Shown here piece by piece: positions 20,010 through 30,197 of a stretch of 64,000 bases of DNA (position 1 is its first letter; each line of letters opens with the position of its first letter). Under the pieces are notes generated by a model. That model saw only the letters and a list, made by a program, of their open reading frames with translations. It was not told the origin of the DNA and searched no databases. The position numbers were made by a program, and so were the translations under genes. This DNA is from an uncultured Clostridia bacterium. GTDB taxonomy: Bacteria > Bacillota > Clostridia > Lachnospirales > Lachnospiraceae. The stretch covers positions 792-64,791 of the forward strand of contig CAMVIN010000001.1 in the NCBI GenBank assembly GCA_947167565.1, in the 5' to 3' direction.

Positions 20010-21074
20010 TTGAAAAAGAAATTGGTTGCGGGGATTTTGGCATTTGCCATGACGGTCCCGCTGTTTGGAGGTCCGGTAGGTGTAAAGAGTGCAAAGGCAG
20101 AGACGCAGGAGACCATTGCGCTCATGAATTATGTATATAAGAACACGACGGACGCTGTTTCCTCTTCAGAATCTACATTGAATAAAACAAAATACGGTTC
20201 TGCAAAAGGTGGATATAAGTTTACAACCGGAAGTGCTACACTGTATGCGTCTACTGATGGCACGTCTAAAAGAAAATTAGAGTGGTCCAAGGCCGATGAC
20301 GGCTCAGGCAGTTCAGAAAAGTATTATACAGATTCCTTCGCGGCGGGCAATTCCGTTCGTCAACCGGTTATGACTGCGGGGAAAAAGCATCAGTGGGGGA
20401 AGAATCCGTATTTTGAAATTCAACTCTCCACAAATGGTTATAAGGACATTAACTTTTCGGCCTATATTGGTGCTTCTAAGAAAGGACCGAGAGATTACCG
20501 GATAACCTATGCGACAGGTAGCAGCAGTAAGTTTTCGTCTGTCACAGGTTCTACACTTCAATTAACTGAGAATAAGGTCATGAAGAAAATTTCAGGGATT
20601 ATTCCGGCAGATAATCAGAAAACGGTTAAGATTCGAATTGAAATCACATCATCTACTTCGGTCAGCGGTGGGAACTTGTTAGATACAACTACACTTGACA
20701 AAGATAAGAAATCTCCGAGTATGAAAGGTGAAGTTGCAATTAACCATATTTCGATTACAGGCGTTAAAACTGTGGCAGCAAGCAGTTCAACTTCCACAGC
20801 TTCTTACAAAGTTAAGAAGGTTAAATTAAATAAGAAGAAGATGGTTATAAAGAAAAACAAGAGTAAGAAGTTAAAGGTAACCGTTAAGGTGAGTCCAAAC
20901 ACGAAGGCGAATAGAAAGGCCGCAAAGAAGAAATTAAAATGGCGTAGTTCGAACAAAAAGGTTGCTACTGTGACAGGAAGCGGAAAAATCAAGGCTAAGA
21001 AAAAAGGTAAGGCGGTTATTACAGTCCGCTATTCCAAGAAGAAAAAGGCAACATGTAAAGTTATTGTAAAATAA
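20010..21074 (+). CDS. Secreted protein with an unassigned N-terminal domain and a Lys-rich C-terminal Big_2 (bacterial Ig-like) domain
   Basis: A TTG start follows AGGGGGA. The signal peptide is MKKKLVAGILAFAMTVPLFGGPVGVKSAKA. The C-terminus KVKKVKLNKKKMVIKKNKSKKLKVTVKVSP...KWRSSNKKVATVTGSGKIKAKKKGKAVITVRYSKKKKATCKVIV fits the Big_2 pattern. Confidence 0.6.
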   Translation: MKKKLVAGILAFAMTVPLFGGPVGVKSAKAETQETIALMNYVYKNTTDAVSSSESTLNKTKYGSAKGGYKFTTGSATLYASTDGTSKRKLEWSKADDGSGSSEKYYTDSFAAGNSVRQPVMTAGKKHQWGKNPYFEIQLSTNGYKDINFSAYIGASKKGPRDYRITYATGSSSKFSSVTGSTLQLTENKVMKKISGIIPADNQKTVKIRIEITSSTSVSGGNLLDTTTLDKDKKSPSMKGEVAINHISITGVKTVAASSSTSTASYKVKKVKLNKKKMVIKKNKSKKLKVTVKVSPNTKANRKAAKKKLKWRSSNKKVATVTGSGKIKAKKKGKAVITVRYSKKKKATCKVIVK

Positions 21075-21155
21075 GTGGCATAAGCCGCTTTTGAGTAAGT
21101 AATATACGGGTGGAGAACGGCAGCGGAAAAGAATGTACATAAAAAGGAGAACGAT

Positions 21156-24100
21156 ATGTTAGCGATTCAATGTAAGTTATGTGGAGGAGATATTGAGATT
21201 ACTCCGGGCGAGGCGATAGGAACCTGTGCATATTGCGGCAGTGCCAACACCTATCCAAAGACAGAAGATGAATCAAGAATTCTGGCATTTAATGATGCCA
21301 ACAATTTGAGAAGAGCGGGAGAATTTGACAAAGCACTTGCTATTTATGAAAAGATGCTTGCAGATGATCCAAATGATGCAGAATTACACTGGTGCTGTGC
21401 ACTTTCCCGGTTTGGTATTGTCTATGAGGAGGACATGAGCACATTCACCTGGGTTCCAACTTGTCATAGAACCAGTTTGGAAATTTTCACAGAAGATGTG
21501 GACTATCTGGCTGCTATTCAGAACTTTGGTGGTATTGAACAGAGACGATGCCAGCAGGATGCAGAGAAGATAGCAGATGTGGAGAGACAGATTCGTCAAG
21601 AGGCACAGGATGTCGAGCCATATGATGTATTTATCACCTGTAAGGCAGAGGATAATTCGGGCAATCGCACCGAAGAGGGAAGAGTAGCAGAAAGTCTTTA
21701 TGAGCAGTTGACAGAGAAGGGGTTGCGGGTGTTCTTTGCTCCGGAGAGTTTGAGTGGACAGAATTCGACCAAGAATCAAGCTGTGATTTATGCTGCGATG
21801 AATTCTGCAAAAGTAATGTTGCTTATCGGAACGAAGGAAGAGAATCTGGAGTCTGCATGGGTTAAGAATGATTGGTCACGTTTCCTCAGAGCAGGAAAAA
21901 GAAGAGGAGCTCAAATTATCCTTTGTACCCGCGGTATTTCTTCTTTGGCAGTGCCAAAAGCATTGTCTGCAATGCCGACCTGTGATATGGGAAAAGAGTC
22001 ATTTGCAGATGATTTGATGGAAGAGTTAAGTCAGATTTTTCCGAACAATATAAACAATGAACCGGAACCGATGCCAGAACCGGAACCAGAACCAGAACCG
22101 GAACCGGAACCGACACCTGTTTCTGCACCGGTATCAACACCGGAGGTGGAACCGGAACCTGTACCAGCACCGGCACCTACGCTTTCCAGACAGGAAAGAA
22201 AAGAGCTTGAGAAAAAAGAAAAGAAAGAGCGTGAAAAACGTGAAAAGCAAATAAGAAAAGGAAGAAGAAAAAATCAGATTATTGAAGAAGAGGTAGAGGT
22301 TCCTGAGTTTACGATGGGAGGGTTATCCTCAACTGCAGCTTCTGCAACTTCTGCGGCCGCTTCTTCCGTGGCAGATTCTGTTTCTGCTGATGTGGCAGCA
22401 ACTTCTGCAACACCGTCGGTTCAGGCAGATAGTATGCCTGAATTGATGCCGGAAATAGAGCCGCAGACAGCTTCAAGGACTGTGCAGGACTCTATGCCTG
22501 AGTTGGAACCACAGTTCGTTTCACAGACGATACCGGAACCGGTGCCGATACCGGAACCGGAACCAGAGCCGGAAGTTTCAATTGAAGAGTTATTAGATGA
22601 AGGATATCGTCATCTTTCTACAAGTATGTGGGAGATGGCGGATGAATGTTTTAAACAGGTACTTGAACGTGAGCCGAAGAACGGTCGTGCATATTTTGGT
22701 CAGTACTTGAAAGAGAATAGATATATTAGCGACGAGCATATGGCAGCTAAAATACAGCAGAATATGGATATTATATCAGGTGATCCTATTCCATTCAAAG
22801 GGGATACCGCAGAACTTGTTCAGGAACTTGTAAGGAAATATTCTCTCCCAAATTATCTGGAGCAGGATGTTATTGCTGAGAAAGTAAGATTTTCTGATGA
22901 GTATATATCTTGTGTGAAGAAGCAGAACGAGTACTATGAAGAAGTAAAGACTTCTATCGAAAACAATCAACTCCTTGCGCGTGCCTGCAGTGATACTGAG
23001 GACGGATTCGGCGATAAGCTGAATGATTTTCTGAGAAATATGATGAATGAACTTCTTCAGAGCGTGAAAAAATCTGAGCAGAAGGATGAGGCCAGCCTTG
23101 TAAAAATTCAGAAACGATACGAAGATCATATAGCGAAAGCACGAGAGGAGATTGCATCTCTTCATATTAAGGCGCTGGAACAGCAGGAGTATGATTACAT
23201 GGAAGCCTGCAGTCAGATGTCTGAGGCCGGGAATGTTGAAGAGTTTGAGAAACTTTCGGTTGTATTTGGAAAACTTGCCGGATATAAGAATGCAGATCAG
23301 TTTAAAGAGCACTGTGACAAAAAGGTAATGCATGCTGCTATGAAAGGTCAAAAAGTTAAAAAGAAAAATGGTCTGATTGTTGCAGGGTGCTCGGTTATAA
23401 TTGTTGGTGTGATTGCGGCGCTGACGCTTCCAAATTATTTGAAATATAACGGAGCGAACAGTGATTTTCAAGCTGGTAATTATGATAAAGCCATTGAGGC
23501 ATATTCCGACCTCGGCTCGTATTTGTCATCTGAGGATAAATTAAAAGAGAGTATTCAGAAGTATTCGGAGGAACTTCAGAGCAAAGGTGCTTATGATCAG
23601 GCAGAGCAACTCATTACGGGTAACTTTACGGGATTTGAACAGGAGCAGATGTTACAACAGTTGTACATTTCTGAGGCATCTACAATGGAAGCTGATACAA
23701 CAACCAATGTATCCAGACTTCGTGGCTTGTTAGAGTTATTGAAAGATGATAAAGATAAGGAAGTTGTACAGGATAAACTGGATACCTATTTCTATGAAAA
23801 AGGAAATATAGCAGCCGGAGAAGGAAACTTCAATACAGCAATCGATTGCTATAAGATGGTAGAAAAAATCCATAAAGATGAGGCACAGAAGATGTTGGAT
23901 GTGCTCGAGGGGACAATGTCCAATATTCTTTATGGTTATATCAAAGGTGTTACATGGAAACTTGACAGTTGTACCTACGGTGGAAAGTCTCGCAATGAAG
24001 ACGTGACCAAGTTTGCCGGTGTTCATGTACGGATTGAAAAAGAAAAAGCAGTTTTCTATGTAACATTTGAGGATAAAGATGTAGATTTGAAGAATTATAA

Positions 24101-24224
24101 TTCAATTTCTAATATTAATGTAAAAGTTGGTGGTTCTCACTATACTTTACGCTTTGGTGGAAATACCTTGACCATTACCGGAAAGACCGGTGGAAAGAAA
24201 GTAGTTTCCAAATTGAGTTACTAA
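21156..24224 (+). CDS. Single-pass membrane protein: N-terminal zinc ribbon, TPR-like helices, TIR-like domain, long low-complexity linker, TM helix, extracytoplasmic C-terminal domain
   Basis: A zinc ribbon CKLCGG...CAYCGS spans aa 6-28. A TIR-like block spans aa ~156-290 (YDVFITCKAEDNSG...GLRVFFAPESL...AKVMLLIGT...SAWVKNDWSRFL). PE-dipeptide, Lys/Glu and Ser/Ala tracts span aa ~300-480. The single hydrophobic span GLIVAGCSVIIVGVIAALTLP (aa 739-759, nt 23370-23432) is preceded by KGQKVKKKN. TPR-like GNYDKAIEAYSDLG lies after the TM segment. Confidence 0.6.
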   Translation: MLAIQCKLCGGDIEITPGEAIGTCAYCGSANTYPKTEDESRILAFNDANNLRRAGEFDKALAIYEKMLADDPNDAELHWCCALSRFGIVYEEDMSTFTWVPTCHRTSLEIFTEDVDYLAAIQNFGGIEQRRCQQDAEKIADVERQIRQEAQDVEPYDVFITCKAEDNSGNRTEEGRVAESLYEQLTEKGLRVFFAPESLSGQNSTKNQAVIYAAMNSAKVMLLIGTKEENLESAWVKNDWSRFLRAGKRRGAQIILCTRGISSLAVPKALSAMPTCDMGKESFADDLMEELSQIFPNNINNEPEPMPEPEPEPEPEPEPTPVSAPVSTPEVEPEPVPAPAPTLSRQERKELEKKEKKEREKREKQIRKGRRKNQIIEEEVEVPEFTMGGLSSTAASATSAAASSVADSVSADVAATSATPSVQADSMPELMPEIEPQTASRTVQDSMPELEPQFVSQTIPEPVPIPEPEPEPEVSIEELLDEGYRHLSTSMWEMADECFKQVLEREPKNGRAYFGQYLKENRYISDEHMAAKIQQNMDIISGDPIPFKGDTAELVQELVRKYSLPNYLEQDVIAEKVRFSDEYISCVKKQNEYYEEVKTSIENNQLLARACSDTEDGFGDKLNDFLRNMMNELLQSVKKSEQKDEASLVKIQKRYEDHIAKAREEIASLHIKALEQQEYDYMEACSQMSEAGNVEEFEKLSVVFGKLAGYKNADQFKEHCDKKVMHAAMKGQKVKKKNGLIVAGCSVIIVGVIAALTLPNYLKYNGANSDFQAGNYDKAIEAYSDLGSYLSSEDKLKESIQKYSEELQSKGAYDQAEQLITGNFTGFEQEQMLQQLYISEASTMEADTTTNVSRLRGLLELLKDDKDKEVVQDKLDTYFYEKGNIAAGEGNFNTAIDCYKMVEKIHKDEAQKMLDVLEGTMSNILYGYIKGVTWKLDSCTYGGKSRNEDVTKFAGVHVRIEKEKAVFYVTFEDKDVDLKNYNSISNINVKVGGSHYTLRFGGNTLTITGKTGGKKVVSKLSY
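22059..22112 (+). repeat. GAACC(R) hexanucleotide tandem tract encoding a (Pro-Glu)n linker inside the TIR gene
   Basis: About nine consecutive GAA-CCN codon pairs (EPEPMPEPEPEPEPEPEP). A shorter second tract lies near 22536-22580. Confidence 0.8.
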
Positions 24225-24281
24225 ATAGTAAAGTTCCACCTGTGACGCATTTTTGATACATCATAGATGGAACTTTTTTTC

Positions 24282-24310
24282 GAGGGGTTGGTAGATCGGC
24301 CCCTCTTTTT
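24282..24310 (+). terminator. Intrinsic terminator after the TIR gene
   Basis: A stem GAGGGG/CCCCTC is followed by T5. It is preceded by a second, looser hairpin AGTTCCA...TGGAACT with T7 (24232-24280). Confidence 0.6.
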
Positions 24311-24344
24311 ATTGTAAATTTTTTTTGTTTTTCAAAATTAACTA

Positions 24345-24373
24345 TTGACATTATGGTAGCAAGGTGGTATCTT
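24345..24373 (+). promoter_or_regulatory. Putative sigma-A promoter of the hrcA operon
   Basis: TTGACA (24345-24350), a 17-nt spacer, then TATCTT (24368-24373), immediately upstream of CIRCE. Confidence 0.55.
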
Positions 24374-24388
24374 AATTGTAGTCAGTGA

Positions 24389-24415
24389 TTAGCACTCGGC
24401 TCCAATGAGTGCTAA
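24389..24415 (+). promoter_or_regulatory. CIRCE operator (HrcA binding site)
   Basis: A perfect match to the consensus TTAGCACTC-N9-GAGTGCTAA, located between the promoter and hrcA. Confidence 0.95.
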
Positions 24416-24493
24416 TAAGCGGTGACGAGGTATACCACAAGTGATTATCATATTTAACAAAGGAAGAGCAACAGCGAGAGGGGAAGTGTATGG

Positions 24494-25531
24494 ATGGAGT
24501 TGAGTGAACGCAAGCAGAAGATTCTTGAAGCCATCATTAGGACTTACATGGAGACCGGCGAGCCGGTTGGTTCCCGGACAGTGTCTAAGTATACGGATTT
24601 GAACCTTAGTTCCGCTACGATTCGGAACGAGATGGCGGACTTAGAAGAGATGGGATATATTCTTCAGCCGCACACATCGGCAGGTCGCATTCCGTCCGAT
24701 ATGGCGTATCGACTCTATGTGGACACAATCTTGCAGCGCAAGGACGCTGAGATGGCGCAGATGAAAGATCTTATGGTGGAAAAAGCAGATAAGATTGACT
24801 TGCTGCTTAAGCAGGTGGCGAAACTTTTGGCGCAGAATACCAATTATACTTCCATGGTGACAAAGCCGAAGTACGACCATAAGAAGATAAAATTTATTCA
24901 ATTAAACAAGATATCCGAATTACAATTACTTGTCTTGGTGATTTTGGATAACAACCATGTCAGCAATAAGTTGATTGAACTGTCAGAAGAAGTCGAAGAC
25001 AGTGTGGTTGCTCAGATGAATTTTTTGATTAATACTGCGTTGAATGGACTTGATTTTACTGAAATCAATATGGCTATTATGCAAAAGATCAAGGATCAAG
25101 CAGGAGAATATGGTGACTTGGCTTCCAGTGTATTGGATTGTATTTCTGAAGTGATGACCGAGGAAGATGACTCCGAGATTTTTACTTCCGGAGCCACGAA
25201 CATTTTAAAATATCCGGAATTGTCAGATAAGGAGAATATGACGGAATTGCTGTCTACATTTGAGGAGAAACAGATGTTGGCGGCGTGGGCAAATGATCGA
25301 ACATCTGCGGAGGAAGATCAGGAGCATGGGATTCAGGTCTATATCGGCGAGGAATCACCGGTAGAATCTATGAAAGATTGCTCCGTTGTTACAGCGACGT
25401 ACAAAATTAAAGAAGGGGTATATGGTAAGATTGGTATTGTAGGTCCAAAGCGAATGGACTACGAGAAAGTAGTTGGTACACTTGAGAATTGCATGCAGCA
25501 GTTAGATGATATTTTTAAAAAGAAGAGTTAG
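24494..25531 (+). CDS. hrcA: Heat-inducible transcription repressor HrcA
   Basis: A 345-aa ORF with the N-terminus MELSERKQKILEAIIRTYMETGEPVGSRTVSK typical of HrcA. It is the first gene of hrcA-grpE-dnaK-dnaJ. Confidence 0.95.
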   Translation: MELSERKQKILEAIIRTYMETGEPVGSRTVSKYTDLNLSSATIRNEMADLEEMGYILQPHTSAGRIPSDMAYRLYVDTILQRKDAEMAQMKDLMVEKADKIDLLLKQVAKLLAQNTNYTSMVTKPKYDHKKIKFIQLNKISELQLLVLVILDNNHVSNKLIELSEEVEDSVVAQMNFLINTALNGLDFTEINMAIMQKIKDQAGEYGDLASSVLDCISEVMTEEDDSEIFTSGATNILKYPELSDKENMTELLSTFEEKQMLAAWANDRTSAEEDQEHGIQVYIGEESPVESMKDCSVVTATYKIKEGVYGKIGIVGPKRMDYEKVVGTLENCMQQLDDIFKKKS

Positions 25532-25568
25532 ATGACTTTTGTTAAGAAACTAGATACCAAGAGGAAAG

Positions 25569-26234
25569 GTGGTAAGAACATTGTCTGAAGAAAAGGATAT
25601 AGAAAAAAAGCCTGTTGATGAGACTGTGGAAGAACAGACAGTGACACAGACGGACTCTCAGGAGGTTGAAATGCCGGAAGATGAGAGGGCAGATGAGTCG
25701 GCAGACGCTTGTGAAGAAAATGAGTCGCAGGCGGAAGGCGAAAGTAAGGAAGTTAAGCCGGAAAAAGGGAAAAAGAAGAAGAAAGCTCCAAAGAAAGACA
25801 AGAGAGATGAGCAGATTAAAGAACTGAATGATAAGCTCATGAGAAATTTAGCAGAGTTTGAAAATTTCCGTAATCGTTCTGAGAAGGAAAAAAGCGCTAT
25901 GTTCGATATGGGGGCAAAATCAGTTGTTGAGAAGATTCTTCCGGTGGTAGACAATTTGGAAAGAGGATTTGATGGATTGTCTGAGGAAGAAAAAGAGACA
26001 CCTTTTGTGAAAGGGATAGAAGCTGTGTACAAACAGGTTCTCACCGTGTTTGAGGAACTTGGAGTGACGCCGATTGAAGCAGTTGGTCAGGAATTCGATC
26101 CAAACCTTCACAATGCGGTAATGCATGACGAGGATGATTCAGAAGATACCAATAAGGTCATTGAAGAATTTCAAAAAGGTTATTTGTATAAAGACAGCGT
26201 AGTTCGGCATAGTATGGTTAAGGTGCTGAATTGA
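25569..26234 (+). CDS. grpE: Nucleotide exchange factor GrpE
   Basis: An acidic/Lys-rich N-terminus is followed by the GrpE core LMRNLAEFENFRNRSEKEK...FDPNLHNAVMH. The start is uncertain: GTG 25569 (ORF maximum) or TTG 25581, which is better spaced from AAAGGTGG. Confidence 0.9.
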   Translation: MVRTLSEEKDIEKKPVDETVEEQTVTQTDSQEVEMPEDERADESADACEENESQAEGESKEVKPEKGKKKKKAPKKDKRDEQIKELNDKLMRNLAEFENFRNRSEKEKSAMFDMGAKSVVEKILPVVDNLERGFDGLSEEEKETPFVKGIEAVYKQVLTVFEELGVTPIEAVGQEFDPNLHNAVMHDEDDSEDTNKVIEEFQKGYLYKDSVVRHSMVKVLN

Positions 26235-26246
26235 TAAAATAAATAG

Positions 26247-28166
<1,920 letters not shown>

Positions 28167-28298
28167 TGGCATAGAAGAAAAGATTTTTATTCAATCCGCG
28201 GGGTTTCGGACTCCGCGGATTGTGTAGTGCAAACAGGCATAATGTGGTAGCAGTGATGATGTCACAGGCACGGGTTACGTGCGGAAATGAGGAGAAAA

Positions 28299-29411
28299 AT
28301 GGCAGATAAAAGAGATTATTATGAAGTGCTTGGAGTTGACAAGAACGCAGATGATGCTGCACTGAAAAAAGCTTATCGTTCACTCGCTAAAAAGTACCAC
28401 CCGGATACGAACCCGGGCGATAAAGAAGCAGAGGCAAAGTTTAAAGAGGCATCCGAGGCGTATGCTGTTCTGAGTGACCCGGATAAAAGACGTCAGTATG
28501 ATCAGTTTGGGCATGCTGCATTCGATGGTGGAGCAGGTGGTGGCGGCTTTTCTGGGATGGACATGGATGATATTTTTGGAAGTTTCGGAGATATTTTTGG
28601 AGATTTGTTTGGCGGTTTTGGAGGGAGAAGCCGAAGAGCGGATCCGAATGCGCCGCAGCGGGGGGCGAATCTTCGAACACAGGTTAGAATTACCTTTGAA
28701 GAGGCTTGTTTTGGAGTTGAAAAGGAAATTGAAATTCCGTCCAAGGTTACTTGTAAGACTTGTGGTGGAAATGGCTGCAAACCGGGGGCACAGCCAATCA
28801 CGTGTGGGCAGTGTGGAGGAAAAGGCCAAGTTGTTCACACTCAGCAGTCTCTGTTTGGGATGGTTCAGAATGTGTCTGTCTGCCCGGCGTGTGGAGGAAC
28901 CGGTAAAATTATCAAAGACAAATGTCCGGATTGTCATGGAAATGGGTTTACCACTAAAAAAGAAAAACTACAGGTTACGATTCCTGCAGGAATCGATCAT
29001 GGACAGAGTGTTCGTCTGAGAGGAAAGGGCGAGCCGGGTAAGAATGGAGGAGCTCGCGGAGACCTTTTAGTAGAGGTTTATGTAGAACAGCATTCAGAAT
29101 TCCAGCGTCATGACTATGATATTTATTCCACAGTGAAGATTACTTATCCGAGAGCGGCACTTGGAGGAGATATTATTATTCACACCATTGATGGTGATGT
29201 GGCATACAATGTTAAGGCGGGAACGCAGACAGGCACGCGCGTACGTCTGAGAGGAAAGGGCGTTCCTTCTCTTCGCAATAAGAAAATGCGAGGAAACCAT
29301 TATGTTGACCTTGTGGTAGATGTGCCGACTAAACTCAGTCGCGAGCAGAAAAAACTGTTAGAACAGTTAGATGAGTCTTTTGAAAAAAAGGAAAAAAAGT
29401 CAAAAAAGTAA
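28299..29411 (+). CDS. dnaJ: Molecular chaperone DnaJ
   Basis: The J-domain [31 protein letters not shown], a G/F region and four CxxCxGxG zinc motifs are present. The ATG at 28299 follows GAGGAG; the ORF track starts at 28287. Confidence 0.95.
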   Translation: MADKRDYYEVLGVDKNADDAALKKAYRSLAKKYHPDTNPGDKEAEAKFKEASEAYAVLSDPDKRRQYDQFGHAAFDGGAGGGGFSGMDMDDIFGSFGDIFGDLFGGFGGRSRRADPNAPQRGANLRTQVRITFEEACFGVEKEIEIPSKVTCKTCGGNGCKPGAQPITCGQCGGKGQVVHTQQSLFGMVQNVSVCPACGGTGKIIKDKCPDCHGNGFTTKKEKLQVTIPAGIDHGQSVRLRGKGEPGKNGGARGDLLVEVYVEQHSEFQRHDYDIYSTVKITYPRAALGGDIIIHTIDGDVAYNVKAGTQTGTRVRLRGKGVPSLRNKKMRGNHYVDLVVDVPTKLSREQKKLLEQLDESFEKKEKKSKK

Positions 29412-29433
29412 TCGATGAATGGAGGAGGTTTGT

Positions 29434-30132
29434 ATGCTCGGAATTATTGGAGCCATGGAAGAAGAAGTGGCAAGAATAAAAGAACAGATGGAAAACGTTA
29501 CGGTGGTTCAGAAGGCGGCAATGGATTTTTATCGCGGCACATTAAAAGGAAAAGATGTTGTTGTTGTCTGCTGTGGAATTGGTAAAGTCAATGCGGGGCT
29601 TTGTACACAGATTCTGGTGGATTGCTTTGAAGTGTCCGCTGTTATCAATACTGGGATTGCCGGTTCACTCAGGGCGGAAATTGATATTGGAGACATTGTA
29701 TTGTCTACAGATGCGCTGCAGCATGATGTGGAGGCGATAGCATTCGGATATCCGGTTGGACAGATTCCGCGTATGGATACGCTGGCTTTTGAGGCTGATG
29801 AAAAACTTCGCAAAATTGCGAAAGAGGCCTGTGAACGGGTAAATCCGGATATTCATGTCTATGAGGGGCGTGTTGTGAGCGGGGATCAATTTATTTCGGA
29901 CAAAGCAAAGAAAGAATGGCTTGTCAATACATTTCAGGGTTATTGTACCGAGATGGAGGGAGCTGCCATTGCGCAGGCAGCATATTTGAATAAAATTCCA
30001 TTTTTAATTATTCGTGCAATTTCGGACAAAGCAGATGACAGTGCTTCAGAGGACTACCCGACATTTGAGGCGAAGGCAATTACACATTGTGTGAATCTTA
30101 CACTGGCGATTGTGGAACAGGCACTTGCGTAA
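29434..30132 (+). CDS. mtnN: 5'-methylthioadenosine/S-adenosylhomocysteine nucleosidase
   Basis: MLGIIGAMEEEV...GIGKVNA...TEMEGAAIAQ is the MTA/SAH nucleosidase pattern. The ATG at 29434 follows GGAGGAGG. Confidence 0.88.
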   Translation: MLGIIGAMEEEVARIKEQMENVTVVQKAAMDFYRGTLKGKDVVVVCCGIGKVNAGLCTQILVDCFEVSAVINTGIAGSLRAEIDIGDIVLSTDALQHDVEAIAFGYPVGQIPRMDTLAFEADEKLRKIAKEACERVNPDIHVYEGRVVSGDQFISDKAKKEWLVNTFQGYCTEMEGAAIAQAAYLNKIPFLIIRAISDKADDSASEDYPTFEAKAITHCVNLTLAIVEQALA

Positions 30133-30197
30133 ATTGGCATTACATGATACTATATTAATACTATTATGTGCGCAATGACGCAGAAATGAGGATGCTT

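Noticed and set aside
22059-22112. A regular short repeat that might suggest a CRISPR array or a non-coding microsatellite.
   Set aside because: The unit is 6 nt with no spacers, is in frame, and encodes a Pro-Glu linker inside a long ORF. No CRISPR-like repeat-spacer structure exists anywhere in the window.
21156-24224. The TIR gene as part of a known defence system (Thoeris, TIR-STING/CBASS-like, TIR-Pycsar-like).
   Set aside because: No ThsA-type (SIR2/Macro-SLOG), STING, nuclease, cyclase or other effector gene is adjacent. Beyond the islet, the nearest recognisable genes are apt on one side and hrcA on the other. I keep it as an open finding rather than calling a known system.
18021-24224. 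The three-gene islet as a mobile genetic element or genomic island.
   Set aside because: I saw no integrase, transposase or recombinase gene, no flanking tRNA, and no direct or inverted terminal repeats at the borders. It is accessory-looking only by gene content.
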